Source: Octopus vulgaris (lineage: Eukaryota). From it: a stretch of 64,000 nt of DNA. A program made the position numbers and the translations under genes. The notes beneath the pieces were generated by a model. That model was not told where the DNA came from, did no database searches, and worked only from the letters and a program-made list of their open reading frames with translations. Shown here piece by piece: positions 38,628 through 52,500 of the stretch. The stretch's first letter is position 1, and every line of letters begins with the position of its first letter. Location of the stretch: positions 45,756,001 through 45,820,000 of the forward strand of contig OX597816.1 in assembly GCA_951406725.2 (NCBI GenBank). Reading direction: 5' to 3'.

Positions 38628-39072
38628 AAGTGGTTCTCAACTGGGGTCAAGATGACCCCTGGGTTTAATATAAGATTTTGTTAAAATTTATCTGCAATAA
38701 ATTGATTATACATCTACAATGCACAAAATATTTGTATTTTTTTAATACAATTCCTAATTATTAATTAATTATAAAAATATAATACGATCTTTAAACCTTT
38801 ATGTTTTTTTATTCATATTGTTTTGAATTAATCATACATTATATTGTAGCTCAAAGGTGTCAAATGATGTGATTGTTTATCTTTAAAAGGACATTGTAGG
38901 ATAAAATGTGACAGGCAAGATTTGGCCAGTTTCAACATAAAACAGGTAGAATATTAGGGCCAGATACAGCCAGTTTAAATGCTAAAGGGTCAAACACTGA
39001 ATGGCTATGAGAGACCGCCCAAGTAGAATTAGGATCAAGGGAGTCCACAGGAAAAATAGTTGAGAACCACTG
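38628..39072. mobile_element. hAT (Charlie-like) MITE with a nested partial MITE-2
   Basis: AGTGGTTCTCAA / TTGAGAACCACTG termini; TSD TATATGAG / TATTTGAG; MITE-2 right end TTTAAATGCTAAAGGG at ~38989. Confidence 0.75.
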
Positions 39073-40182
39073 TATTTGAGCTTTGAAGTTTCCAAAATCT
39101 CAAAAGACAGGTTGACAGCCAAAAAGATTCCACTTGTGGTAAATCCAGGATCTGTGGAATTCAATGAGGCTGAGCACCAGGAATAAATAATCCAAATTGA
39201 ATACAAAAGTACTTTCAAAAAACAGTGGTAAGAAGTTTGCTTCCTAACTACATGGTTCTGGGTTCAGTTCCACTGCATGGCACCTAAGGCAAGTGTCTTC
39301 TGCTATAACCTCAGTCCAAACAAAGCCTTGTATGTGCATTTGGTAAACAGAAACTGAAAGAAGCCTGTTGTGTGTAATGTATGTATATGTGTGCGTGTCT
39401 CCTTGTTTTGACAATATGTGATAGTTGTAAAGGATTGTTTTGTCATGCCATGTTCTTCCTTTCCAATATTCTGCAAGAATCCATTTGGTTACAGGGAAAT
39501 ATTGTCTTACTTGGAAACAAGTATGGGTTGGCAACCAGAAGGGCATCCAGCTCCAAAAAAATAGGCCTCAATAAACTGTCTGACCCATACAAGCAGCCAA
39601 AAGTAGATGTTAAAATGACAATGGATGGCATCATGTATTTGCCCTAATAGTTCATGGAAATATCTAAACTTTATATCAATAGAACAAACCTTCTATGTAA
39701 CAAAATACAAAGTGAGAATATCAAATCAAAAAAGACAATGAATTTAAATATGAACAATATATAAATAAAAATAAAATAGATGTACATTCTTAGGAGTTGT
39801 GTTTAGATTTTTTTCCCAGGAAATAAAAAAAAGAGAACAACACTAGAAAAGGAGACAACTAAGATAAACTAATTACTTCTTAAAATAGGATTAAACCAAT
39901 TATTTCAGCAACTTCTTTTTTCTCCTTCTTCAGAGGTTAAAAAAATCAGATTTAAGAAATGTTTTATAAAGTAAATGAATATGATAAAACCATTAATAAC
40001 TAGGAAAACAATTTCTCTTCGTTTTATCTAAAGCCGTCAGCAAAACTGAAAGCGGAAACAGTAGGAGAAAATTAGCTTAGTAACTTTACGCAATGCTACC
40101 AGTAGAAGTTATCAATTCCTTTGCAATAATCTGCCAAATTTCATTATTAATCTGAATTTCTTCAAAACAGAAAATTCAACAT

Positions 40183-40953
40183 AGCTGTGTGATAAGAAGC
40201 TTGCTTCACAACCACATGGTTCCAGGTTCAGTCCCACAACGTGACCCCTTGGGCAAGTGTCTTCTACTATAGCCTCAGGCCGACCAAAGCCTTGTGAGTG
40301 GATTTGGTAGAAGGAAACTGAAAGAAACCCATTGTAAATATATGTATGTATATATGTATGTGTATGTCTCCCCACCCCGCCATCACATGGCAACCAATGC
40401 TGGTGTGTTTATGTCCCCTGTAACTTAGCATTTCAGCAAAAGAAACAGAATAAGTACTAAGCTTACAAAAAGTAAGTCCTGGGGTCAATTTTTTTCAACT
40501 AAAACCCTTTAAGGCAGTGCTTCAGCATGGCCACACTCAAATGACTGAAACAAGTAAAAAAATAAACGAATATATATATATATAGGCGGAGGAGAGGCTG
40601 TGTGGTAAGTAGCTTGCTTACCAACCACATGGTTCCTGCATGGCACCTTGGGCAAGTGTCTTCTACTATAGCCTTGGGCCGACCAAAGCCTTGTGAGTGG
40701 ATTTGGTAGGCGGAAACTGAAAGAAGCCCACCGTGTATATATATGTGTGTGTGTATGTTTGTGTTTGTCCCCCCAACATCACTTGACAACCAATAGTGGT
40801 GTGTTTACGTCCCCGTAACCTAGCGGTTCAGCAAAAATGACCGATAGAATAAGTACTGGGCTTACAAAGAATATGTCCAGGGGTCGATTAGCTCGACTAA
40901 AGGCGGTGCTCCGGCATGGCCACAGTCAAATGACTGAAACAAGTTAAAGAAAA
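40183..40953 (+). mobile_element. Two tandem SINE family A copies (40183-40562, 40584-40953)
   Basis: Two successive head-core-tail units. Confidence 0.82.
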
Positions 40954-40980
40954 AAGAATATACATATATATCCTATCCCC

Positions 40981-41034
<54 letters not shown>

Positions 41035-41119
41035 TACACAAAAAAAAAAGATGACAATCATCATCGTTACATACTTGACAACATTGCCTGATGAAATACC
41101 ACACATCATCTGTCAAGCT

Positions 41120-41337
41120 CAGTGGTTCTCAACCATTTATCACCTCTGGACCCCTTTGATTCCCATTTTATTCTACAGGACCCTAATAACCATTCAATGT
41201 TTAAAAGATCCTATTATATCATTATAATAAAAATTTTATAAGGAACTGTATTTCTAAAAAAATTGCTAAAAATATTTTGTGTATTGTAAATGTATAACCA
41301 ATTTATTGCTCATATGACCCCAACTTAAGAACCCTTG
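41120..41337. mobile_element. hAT (Charlie-like) MITE, same family as 20190-20443
   Basis: CAGTGGTTCTCAA left TIR, degenerate right TIR, TSD GTCAAGCT / ATCGAGCT. Confidence 0.7.
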
Positions 41338-41757
41338 ATCGAGCTTATTTACATGCTCATGCGAGTGAATATATCTAGCTATTCTTTCCTTCTTCACCCT
41401 CTTCTATTTACTCCAGTCCTTGATTTGTGTTCATGCTGGGGCATTGCTTTGAAGGGTTTTAGCTAAACAGACCAATCCCAGTATTTATTTTGAAATATAG
41501 TGCTTATCCAAACAGTCCCTTTTTCTGCCAGGGTGGTCACCGTGTTTAGTGTTATTTCTTCCAGCTCTTTACATTCTGAGTTCAAATTCCACCAAAGTCA
41601 CCCAAACTTTTCATCCTTTTGGGGTCAATAAAACAAGTACCAGTTAGTGGACTGTGGCCAAGTTGGAGTGCCTACTGCTGGTGATGCTGTAAATAGTGGT
41701 GACAATAGCAGTAATGTTGATGACGGTGGTGGTGGTGGTGGTGGTGGTGGTAGTGGT

Positions 41758-41985
41758 AAGGTGGGCAGAATCATTAGCACGCCGGGCGAAATGCTTAGTG
41801 GTATTTCGTCTGCCGTTACGTTGTGAGTTCAAATTCCGTCGGGGTCGACTTTGCCTTTCATCCTTTTGGGGTCGATAAATTAAGTACCAGTTACGCACTG
41901 GGGCCGATACAATCGACTCAATCCCTTTGTCTGTCCTTGTTTGTCCCTTCTGTGTTTAGCCCCTTGTGGGCAGTAAAGAAATAGG
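41758..41985 (+). mobile_element. SINE family B
   Basis: B box, core and GCCCCTTGTGGGCAGTAAAGAAATA tail; GGTAAGGTG repeated at both ends. Confidence 0.82.
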
Positions 41986-42348
41986 TAAGGTGATGGAATG
42001 TTGGTAGAGGTGGTGGTGATAAAGGTAGTGGCGGTGGTAGAGGCTACAGGGATATAAACAAACATTGGTTGTGAAACAGTGGCAAGATGCACACACACAT
42101 GCATACATACATACATACATACATACATACATACATACATACAAGTGCATGTTCACATACAATGTGTGTAACTGGCTTCAGCACAGTTTCTGCCCAGCAA
42201 ATTCATTCATAAAGCATCAGTTGGTTCAAGGCTATAGAAAAAAATCATTCACCGAAGACGCCACACATTTGAGACTAAGCCCAAAACCATGTATGTAGTT
42301 GTAAAATGAATATCTTAAGCCACACAGCCATGCCTGCACATGTGTGTG

Positions 42349-42399
<51 letters not shown>

Positions 42400-45202
42400 A
42401 TGTGAGAGAGAGAGAGAGAGAGAGAGACATATCTACATATACACACAAAATGTTACTGACTACAGAGTAATAAGTTTGTGTTGCCAAGATCAAACACTAT
42501 CAAGCTGTAGACACATAATGCTTGAGTTTTCATTAAATCAAGCATGATAATGAACCATCATTTTCAGTAAGCATCTATTTATTATTGGAAAGAAGAAAAA
42601 AAAAAGAGTAAAAAAAGAAAAGAAAAAAGGAAACAGAAAAACCAAATGATGATGTTACAAGATTGAGGGAGGTGGGTAGTTAGTAGCCAATTTGGGATGT
42701 GAGAATTGTGAGGTGGTTGGAGAATGCAGGGAGGTGGTAATATGGTGGTTTCGGAAATCAGCAGTTGATGATGGGTGCGACAGGAGCTGAGTGGAACAGG
42801 GAAGATGGGGTGTGTGTTGGGGGGGGGAGAGGTTATGTAGTACATTTGCTGAGAATGAGAATATGGTTGGCAACTAGTAATATCAAGAAATAGGACAATG
42901 TAAAAAAAATAAAAAATAATAAAAAATTTTTAAAAAACTATTTTTGAATAGTGATGACAATGAGAATGGAGGAGCCGATAGTGAAAAGTGACAGGGGGGA
43001 ATGGGTGGGGTATAAGCAATGACAGTAGTAGCAGTGATGGTAAGGACATAGATGTAGCAGTGATACTGTAATAGTGGTGATGGTGTTAAATGTAGCATCA
43101 GAAATGGGGGGAGGGGGGGGCTGGAGAGGAGGTGATGGTGATGGTGGTGGTGGTTATAGCAACTGGGATAGTGTTGGTGATGGTATTAATAATCATGATG
43201 ATGGTGTGTTGGTTATAGCCATGGTGGTGCTGCTGATGCTGTAAATAGTGGTGGTGGTGGTGGTGGTGGTGGTAGTAGTAGTAACGGTGGTGGTGCTAGT
43301 AGTAGTAGTAGTAACGGTGGTGGTGCTAGTAGTAGTCACAGTAGTTATGATGGTAATGGCAAGGACAACCAAATCCAGTGGAGATTAAGTAGCTGATTAA
43401 AAAAACAAAAACAAAATCTATAAATCAAGATTAGGTAACTCTAGGCCACTACATTGGAAGGAAGGAAGGAAGGAAGGAGGGAAGTTGATGGGAGGGTTGG
43501 TAATATCAAGCACCATCAATCACCATTATCCTTACCATAAACACAGTTATCACTACCACCACCAAACAATTACTATCACCAACACAACGATTCATAACCA
43601 CTACCATAACTATAATAATAGTACCACCAATATTAATAAGCCAATGAGGCGTCTAATCATTCGCCTGTTTTACCAAGTAATAACAGTGTGAATTTCACAC
43701 TGACATCTTAAAAATGAAGGACACACTGGACAATAGAGTCAAAGGTATAAAAAAAAAAGAAATGAGGCAAAAAGAGATGAACAGATTGGATAACCAAGTT
43801 CTCAATGCGAAACTGCCTTAGAGATACATGGAGTTAGTATGGCTGGATTACTTCTGAACATAGTTCAGCTTGATGACAGCTGATATGGTGACAACCCACA
43901 ATAGACAACCCACTGCCTCTGTCATTATATACAATTAAAACTAAAACCTTTCCAGGTTACTGATTTTTCTGAACCAGGAGGTGGACACTTCTAAACTAAA
44001 TTAATATCAAATCTATTTAAATTATTAAATGAAATACACATGTTTGTACATTAGTGCAAATGATTCTAGTTCATTGATATTGCACTGTGCAAGGTACTTT
44101 GAAACAGAGCTACCCAGTAAACTAGTCTAACAGCCATGAGAGTTTTAAGTTCCTGCTCATAAATTGCTGTAGGTTATAAGAGGTTCCAGACAGTCAGTTG
44201 GTAAGTACCTACACGACTAGCAAAAACTAATGCAACACTAAGTTTTACAGAAGATGGCTGGACTTGTGTGACATAACAACAACTCATAGTCACAAAATAA
44301 ACAAATAGCCATTACCATAAGAAGGACGTATCCCTAAAGAGACAAGATGACCACAGCTGAAGTGGTTTTTGATCACAGGTCTGTGTAACTGAATCAGGGC
44401 TAACCAGGGATTAAACAACATCTACTACATCACATTACTGAAATGGCTAATATCACCTTCACCACAAGACACTAATACTACCATCATCATTTATATAGCT
44501 ACCACACCACTACTATGACAGTCACAGTACCATCCACAGCATTAGTGTAGTTAGTAATCACAACACCTATCACACAAACTAATACAGCAACCACAACGCT
44601 CTTGTAGCCATCATTATTACTACACTATCGGTATAGTTAAAAACCAGCACCACCATCAACTATACTAATATGTGTAGTAACTGTCATATATTAATATAAG
44701 ACCAATGCAGTTAACACTGCCATCATCCCTATGAATACTAATCACAACATTTACCTGTTTATTTGTTTCAGCCATAGGACTGCAGCCATACTGGAGTACC
44801 ACCTTAAAGGGATTTAGTCAAATGATCAACCCCAGTACTTTCTTTAAAGCCAGGTACTTGTTCCCTCAGGAGACACATGGCCTAGTGGTTAGAGCAGCGA
44901 ACTTGTGGTCGAGGGATCGCGGGTTCGAATCTCAGATCGGGTGATGTGTGTATTTATGAGCAAAACACCTGAGCTCCATGCCGCTCCGGCAGGAGGTAAT
45001 GGCGAACTTCTGCAAGATGCCACTCTATGAGAATGAACATGGAACTATGTGGTTGGGAAGCAAACTTCTTACCACACAGCCATGCCTGTACTTATAAAAT
45101 AAACCTATTCATACACATACTGGGAATTGAACCCACACTGCCTGGAATCCTAACCATTAACATTCTTCAACCATTACCTTCTTAATCATAATCCAACTAT
45201 AG

Positions 45203-45239
<37 letters not shown>

Positions 45240-46201
45240 TTTACATCCTATACACATGCTTAAGTCTAGAATTTTTATTTTTAATAAAGTTTTAAAAAAT
45301 AGTCAAAAAAAAAAAACTGTCAATATTTAAGAAAATTGAGAAAATGTCACAACATATACCAAGAAAAAAATATTCTAAATATATCTCTTTTGAAAAATAA
45401 AACAAAACAAATTTCTTTACAAGAAGGTATAATTTGTGATAATCTATCATTTAATTTTTTATTTTTAAAATTTACTTTTGAAGGATTATTCAAAGTAAGC
45501 AAGAAAAGGTGGGGGGGGGGAGAAAGAAAAAGGTATTTAATTTAGGTTTTTTCTTCATTGAGAGAAGAGAAAAATACTTTATTTTACACATCCAGATAGA
45601 GTTAATAAGTACCTTTAATTATCTATGAAATCTTGCCTGTAATTATTATATACAATGATGAGAGGAAGAAAACCACTGCCACCGCCACCACCACCACCGC
45701 AACATCATCAATGACTATCATCATCATCATCATAACAACTACAAGAGATAAATCCAATTTACTCCAATACTACGTTCGATAGTAATGTCATCACCATCAC
45801 CACCTCTTTCCACAAATCAATTTTATCATCATAATCTGGCATTAATATCATCATCATTCACTGTAACCACCATTACCATCATCATCATCATCATCACATC
45901 AAGTTCCAGTATCAATATCATCCACATCATCTCCCACCACCACCACCACACCCACAAGCTTTTTTTCTTTTTATCTTTTTTCTTTTCTTTTCTGGGTTTT
46001 TTTTTTTTTTTTTGTAAGAATTTCTCTCAGAAATAAATAATCGAAGATATTAAAATGCCATGGTTACTGCTGACAACAAGAGACAAATGTTGCTTGAATA
46101 TTTCTTATCTGTTAGAAATAGAATCTTGCAAAAATAATTTTTAAAAAAGAAAGAAAGAAAAAACAGAAAACGTGAGACATACATTTAAAATATGTAAGAC
46201 T

Positions 46202-46410
46202 CATCATCATTATCATCATCGTTTAACATCCGCTTTCCATGCTAGCATAGGTTGGACGGTTTGACTGACAAAGTTTCTACAGCTGGATGCCTTTGCTAAT
46301 GCCAACCACTCCAAGAGTAAAGTGGGTGATTTTTACATACCACCGGCATGGGGGCCAGTCTGGTGGCACTGGCATCAACCATGCTTGAATGGTGCTTTTT
46401 ACATGCCATG
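46202..46410 (-). mobile_element. Family D element (internally deleted, two modules)
   Basis: Shared terminus and core. Confidence 0.72.
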
Positions 46411-46712
46411 GACATCTTAGGTTCAATTCTTGTGAAAGGATGAAGTATATTTTTCTTTTCTTTGTTACTGAATTGTATTGTTTATATCATCATCATTTAA
46501 CGTGGGTTTGGCAGTCTGACAGGCCCCACTGTCAGCTTTGGAATAACCTCTAACGGCTGGATGCTCTTCCTAATGACAACCACTTTTTTTTTTGTGACAA
46601 TGGCACAAATGATATCACCAAGTAACTTGCACGACAAAATAAAGAAAGGAAAAGGGAAAAGCCCTCAAATCTAATAGGGAGATGGCTTTATGCAAGGTGT
46701 TGAAGGTTATTT

Positions 46713-46755
<43 letters not shown>

Positions 46756-46756
<1 letters not shown>

Positions 46757-47127
46757 CTCTTACTTATTTTAATCATTTGACTGCGGCCATGCTAGAGCAC
46801 CACCTTAGTCAAGCAAATCGACTCCAGAACTTATTCTTTGTAAGCCTAGTACTTATTCTATCGGCCTCTTTTGCTGAACCGCTAAGTTACGGGGGACATA
46901 AACACACCAGCATCGGTTGTCAAGCGATGTTGGGGAAGACAAACACAGACACATGAACACACATATATATGACGAGCTTCTTTCATTTTCCGCCCACCAA
47001 ATCCACTCACAGGGCTTTGGTCGGCTCGAGGCTATAGTAGAAGACACTTGCCCAAGGTACAACGCAATGAGACTGAACCCAGAACCATGTGGTTGGTAAG
47101 CAAGCTACTTACCACACAGCCACTCCT
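46756..47127 (-). mobile_element. SINE family A
   Basis: Full-length homologue of 14417-14810. Confidence 0.85.
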
Positions 47128-47139
47128 AAAATATATGCA

Positions 47140-47488
47140 CACGAGGTGGTATCAAAAAGTTCCTGGACTAGTTTTGTTTACCCTGTCACCACCATAAGAT
47201 TGCTGAAGCATGCTCAATGTCTCTGTAGCAGACTTCCTCTAAGTTTAGCGCAAAATTTCACGTTGGCTTTTTTGTTCCAACTTTCTGTCCATTACAAAAA
47301 TCGCAGACTACAGTATACACATGATCGCAAAGAACAAATTTCACAACTTGCGAAGTAAACACAGTGATGTCACTCAGCACACTGCTTCATGGACATCACT
47401 GCCCGCATTCACTGTGCACACAACTGTGTGCTGCCATCTGTTGGCACACTACAGAACTAGACCAGGAACTTTTTGACACTACCTCATA
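47140..47488. mobile_element. Tc1/mariner-type MITE
   Basis: ~30-bp TIRs CGAGGTGGTATCAAAAAGTTCCTGGACTAGTT / AACTAGACCAGGAACTTTTTGACACTACCTCA; TA on the right flank. Confidence 0.8.
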
Positions 47489-47500
47489 TATATATATAGT

Positions 47501-47788
47501 GGAGGCACATGGCCTAGTGGTTAGAGCGACGGACTGGCGGTCGAGGGACCGCGGGTTCAAATCTCAGACCGGGCGATGTGTGTGTTTATGTGCCAAACAC
47601 CTAAGCTCCACGCCGCTCCGGCAGAAGGTAATAGCGAACTTCTGCTGACTCTTTCGCCACATCTTTCTCTCACTCTTTCCTCCTGCATCTTGCCACTCAC
47701 CTGTGACGGACCGGCGGCCCATCCAGGTGGGGAACCTGGAAACCAGGAAACTGGCCATTATGAGCCAGGCGTGGCTCGAGAAGGAACA

Positions 47789-47797
<9 letters not shown>
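47501..47797 (+). mobile_element. SINE family C
   Basis: Homologous along its length to 1092-1397. Confidence 0.82.
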
Positions 47798-47848
<51 letters not shown>

Positions 47849-49239
47849 CACACCCACACACACACACACACACCAATTGATATTAACTATATGAAATCTT
47901 TATTGCACATGTGTATGCAAGGATTTGAATCAACAAGTATAGTTTTAATTTGAGGGTTACACAAGATAAGGGTTACCAAACAACCACTACAGTCCAGATT
48001 CCAGATTTTTAGGAAGCCATACCCAAAAAGGTATATAATTATAGGTTTGTTATGGGTTTCATTTCATTTTCTTTGAATTCTATGAACACTAGCTTGATAA
48101 TAGAGAACAGAACAGAGAACAAAGGGAAACAGAAAAACAAAGGGAGAAAAGAAAGTAAAGAAGATATGTCAGAAAAGAAGGTAAGGTAAAAAAAAAAAAA
48201 AAGGCAGAAATGGAGAGAGAGAGAAAAACAAAGAATGAAAGTATAGCAATGAAATACTCATGAGAATGGAAGTCTTTATTGAACCAGTTCCTAAATTCCT
48301 TTGGTTGTTGTCTTTCAGTATGTTAAAATGGCAGAGCTAACTGAACAGCTAATAATACTTACACTGCTATGGAGAGTCCATACAAGTGTAGTAACCAGCA
48401 TTACTAAGATAATGCCCTGCAGTACATTGAGTTTTTTTGTTTTTTTTTTTTTCTTTCCCCCATTTATGTAAATAAATCAATCATCTACTTTTGAAGTTTA
48501 AAAGCAATTCAAGGGGGTAAAAATAGATTTGCAAAAAGGAATTTCAACTGTTTTAGAATAAAAGAAATTGTGTGTAGTGTATTTATTTTGGTTTTATACG
48601 ACAACTGGTGAAATATAGTAACACTGGTTACCAATATCCGATATACCAATAACTAGTAAACTGTATTTTTGATATTGATGAGTGTGACAAGAGAGTGAGA
48701 GCATGTAACGTGAAGTGGACTGCAGGGTTTTTCGTGGTTGTTATGTTTTGTTAACATCTTCCATTGATGTACAAGGGCAAATAAGGGGATCCAGCTGGGG
48801 AAAAAACTGCTTTGAGAAGCATGCATTTAACCCCTAGATATAAAAATACAAACATGTCACAATTGCGAACAAACTCGTATCACAAGCTTCTCCACAGTTT
48901 TTGTCAACCAAATCCCACCTGCCAGGCACTGGTTAACCCAAAGCGATGGTACAAGACATTTGCCTATGGTGCCACGCAGAAAGATCGCACTCAAAACCAT
49001 ATGTTTACAAAGTAGGAACTCTTAATGATACAGCCGTACCTATAACTACAGTCACTGAAGGAAAGAAGAGAAATAAACACAATAAAAGGGGAAAAAAGGT
49101 GAATGCGTCTTATTGACAAAGATCCTTGAAAGGGATTAAGATCTACAATAATTCGACACAGCTGTCAATAAAATATGTTTAGCTAAAAAAAAAAAAAAAA
49201 GTAAATCTAAAAATCGCTTTATAAACTGAATACCATGTG

Positions 49240-49580
49240 TTTACTGCATGGCACCTAGGGTAAGTGTCTTCTACTATAGCTAAGCCTTGTGTGTGGATTT
49301 GGTAGATGGAAACTGAAAGAAGCCTGTCGTATGTATGTATATATGTATATATATGTATGTATGTGTATGTGTGTGTGTGTCTGTGTTTGTCCCCCAACAT
49401 TGCTTGACAACCGATGGTATGTTTACGTCCCTGAAAATTAACGGTTCGGCAAAAGAGACCGATAGAATAATTACTAGGCTTACAAAGTATAAGTCCTGGG
49501 GTCAATTTGCTCGACTGAAGGCAGTGCTCCAGCATGGCCACAGTCAAATGACTGAAACAAGTAAAAGACTAAAGAGAGTA
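49240..49580 (+). mobile_element. SINE family A (5'-truncated)
   Basis: Core, microsatellite and tail present. Confidence 0.8.
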
Positions 49581-50987
49581 TAGATAGCTTTTAAATACTG
49601 AAAGATTATGGGGGGCTCACCAGATTAAAATAGTTTTAAAAAATGGTTAAGAACCTCTACCCTTCAAGTAGTGCTCCAGTATGACCACAGTCTAATGACT
49701 GAATAAATAAAAGACAAAAGATAAAAAAATAAATACTGAAAAGAAAAAAAACTTATTTAGCTTCAGTGGCATTCACAGGCTTCTTTCCTATTTTCAAAAA
49801 TTTTCTGAGATACCAGAAATGGAAGATGTTCAAAGAATCAATTTCAATCGATAAAACAAAACTGAACGAAACAAAGATGCCCCAACATTTTAGAGATAGG
49901 ATTCTTTGAATACAGAGAGGAAAAAGACAGGAGTAAATGACAATTACAGCAAGAATGGTGATCCCCAATTGATGGCTATGGAGATAATTTTCATCCTTCG
50001 GCTGGATGGTGAAGAATGGTGATGATGATGATGATGACAGTGTGAAAAGAAAATAGAAACGATGATGATGATGGTAATAATGATGCTGCTCTGATCTTGT
50101 TGCTGCCGCTACTAATGCTAACGCCAACAACAAGCATGATGATCTACAGGGCTAATAGGTACTTAATTGTGTAACTAATTACATCATAGAAGACAATTAT
50201 AAATGCAATTATTATTATCATTACCGTTATAATTTTTATTATTATCATCATCATTCTTATTATTGTTGTTATTCTTTAAATAAAAATAAAACACATAGCA
50301 TAGCATACAGACCAAAAAAGACAAACATACAAATGTCAAAAGCATAAACTAGGAAAAACAAAAAAAAAAGCATCATCATCATCATCAGTAACATTACAAT
50401 TCCAAATATTTCATTGTTTTCAAATCAGGCAACTGTGTAACAAGACAGACAAACACAGTTTCACATTTCCACTGCAGTGCTCTATCTCTGTTTGTCAATG
50501 TAATACAATTATAAGTGAGGGGGAAATTTCAAAAAAAAAATTTTTTTTGTTCTCTTTACTAAATAAATTTAATTAAAAATAATGTAAAAAACATAAAACA
50601 AACAAATAAATAAATAAATAAAAGCACCCCAGAAATTATTATTGGAAGCTTCTTTGCTAAACAGGAAGAGAAGAGCTGGCTTCAACCAGAAACCCATTCA
50701 TACTAAACCAAACAGCAAACAATTGGAAACTAAGAAACAAATTAAAACAGAAGCATGCAAGAAGAAGCCATCCATCCACAATAGAGTTTTGTTTGTCTCT
50801 TTAACTTGGAAACTCAGAGAAAAATTATGGTTCTTCTAGAACTACAGGAGACCATTTGGAAATATGGAAGGGGAGGTTGTGAGAGTGGTTAAAGAAAGAA
50901 ATAAGAACAATGCTGAACAAGAAAGATAGCTGTTTCTAATTTCAGCACAAAGCCAGCAGTTTTGAGGGGAAGGGATAAGACAATACT

Positions 50988-51217
50988 TATTTCTTTATTA
51001 CCCACAAGGGGCTAAACACAGAGGGGACAAACAAGGACAGACATAGGTATTAAGACGATTACATCGACCCCAGTGCGTAACTGGTACTTAATTTATCGAC
51101 CCCGAAAGGATGAAAGGCAAAGTCGACCTCGGCGGAATTTGAACTCACAACGTAACGCAGACGAAATACCGCTAAGCATTTCGCCCGGCGTGCTAACGTT
51201 TCTGCCAGCTCGCCGCC
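50988..51217 (-). mobile_element. SINE family B, apparently young, with 12-bp TSD
   Basis: CpG-rich near-consensus copy; TSD TAAGACAATACT at 50976-50987 and 51218-51229; inserted in an older B-like copy. Confidence 0.9.
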
Positions 51218-51799
51218 TAAGACAATACTAACAACTCCAGTTCTTGAGTGGTACTTTAGTATTATCAATCTCTAAAGGATGAAAGGCAAAGGTGACCATA
51301 GTTGGATTTGAACTTAGGTGTAAAAAAAAAAAAAAAAAAAAAAAAACTGAAAAAATGCTACAAAGTATATTTTAAGACTAACATATTTGCTACCATAATA
51401 ATAATAATCCTTTCTACTATAGGCACAAAACCTGAAATTTTGGAGAGGAGGAAGGTCGATTACACTGACCCCAGTACTCAACTGATACTTATTTTATGAA
51501 CCCTAAAAGATAGAGTCAACCTTGGTAGAATTTCAACTCAGAACACGAAGACAGATGAAATACTGCTAAGCATTTTGTCCAACATGCTAACAATTCTGCC
51601 AGCTCACTGCCTTATATATATATAATTGCAGTAATAATCCTTTCTATCAGAGGCACAAGCCCTGAAATTTAGTGGAAGAGGATAGTCAGGTGCTTCAACC
51701 CCAGAGCTCAACTGGTATATATTTTTTCACCAACCTTGAAAGGATGAAAGACTAAGTCAACCTCAGCAGAATTTGAACTCAAAGTGTAACAATTCTGAA

Positions 51800-52055
51800 T
51801 TATCATCGTCATCATTGAATGTTCATTTTTCCATGCTGGCATGGGTTGGACGGTTTGACTGGGGGCTGGCAAGCCAGGAGGCCGCACCAGGCTCCAATCT
51901 GATCTGGCAGTGTTTCTACAGCTGGATGCCCTTCCTAATGCCAACCACTCCGAGAGTGTAGTGAGTGCTTTTTACATGCCACCAGCATGGGAGCCAGTCT
52001 GGTGGCACTGGCATCAACCACCGTTTGGATGGTATGTTTTACATGCTACCGGCAC
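51800..52055 (-). mobile_element. Family D element (two modules)
   Basis: Shared terminus, core and TTTTACATGC modules. Confidence 0.78.
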
Positions 52056-52500
52056 ATAGAAATAATAATAATAATAATAATAAACCTTTCTACTGTAGGC
52101 ACAATTGAGTCAGTGCCATCAACCATGGTGCTTAATCACTACTTTTATTTTGTCATGGATGAAAGGCAAAGTTGAGTTCAAGAAGATCTGAGCTCAGAAC
52201 AAACAACTGTAATTGTCTGATGCACTAACAATTCTGATAGTAATAATAGCCACAGAAAGAAGCCCAAAGTGTGCATGTGTGTGTGTATGTGCCTGTCCCC
52301 TACCATCACTTGACGGCCAGTGTTGTCATGTTTATATTCCAGTAAGATAGAGGTTCAGCAAAAGAGATCAATTGTGTAAGTACCAGACTGAAAGAAATAA
52401 TTACTGGGCATCAGTCTATTGGACCATGTCCAGCATGGTCACAGTCTAATGACTGAAACAAGTAAAAGAAAAAATAAAAGATAATAATAATGTTATTTAC

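Larger units (their letters stand above)
1..52500 (-). other. Probable large intron of FoxN2/3 (over 52 kb, continuing past the window start)
   Basis: Begins at the GT donor at 52500. No exon encoding the expected GKGSLW continuation was seen by eye; the content is repeats and low-complexity DNA. Confidence 0.65.

Noticed and set aside
52411-52500. C-terminal 29 aa of the 232-aa ORF as real FoxN2/3 sequence
   Set aside because: Lies past a canonical GT donor and translates intron and SINE sequence.
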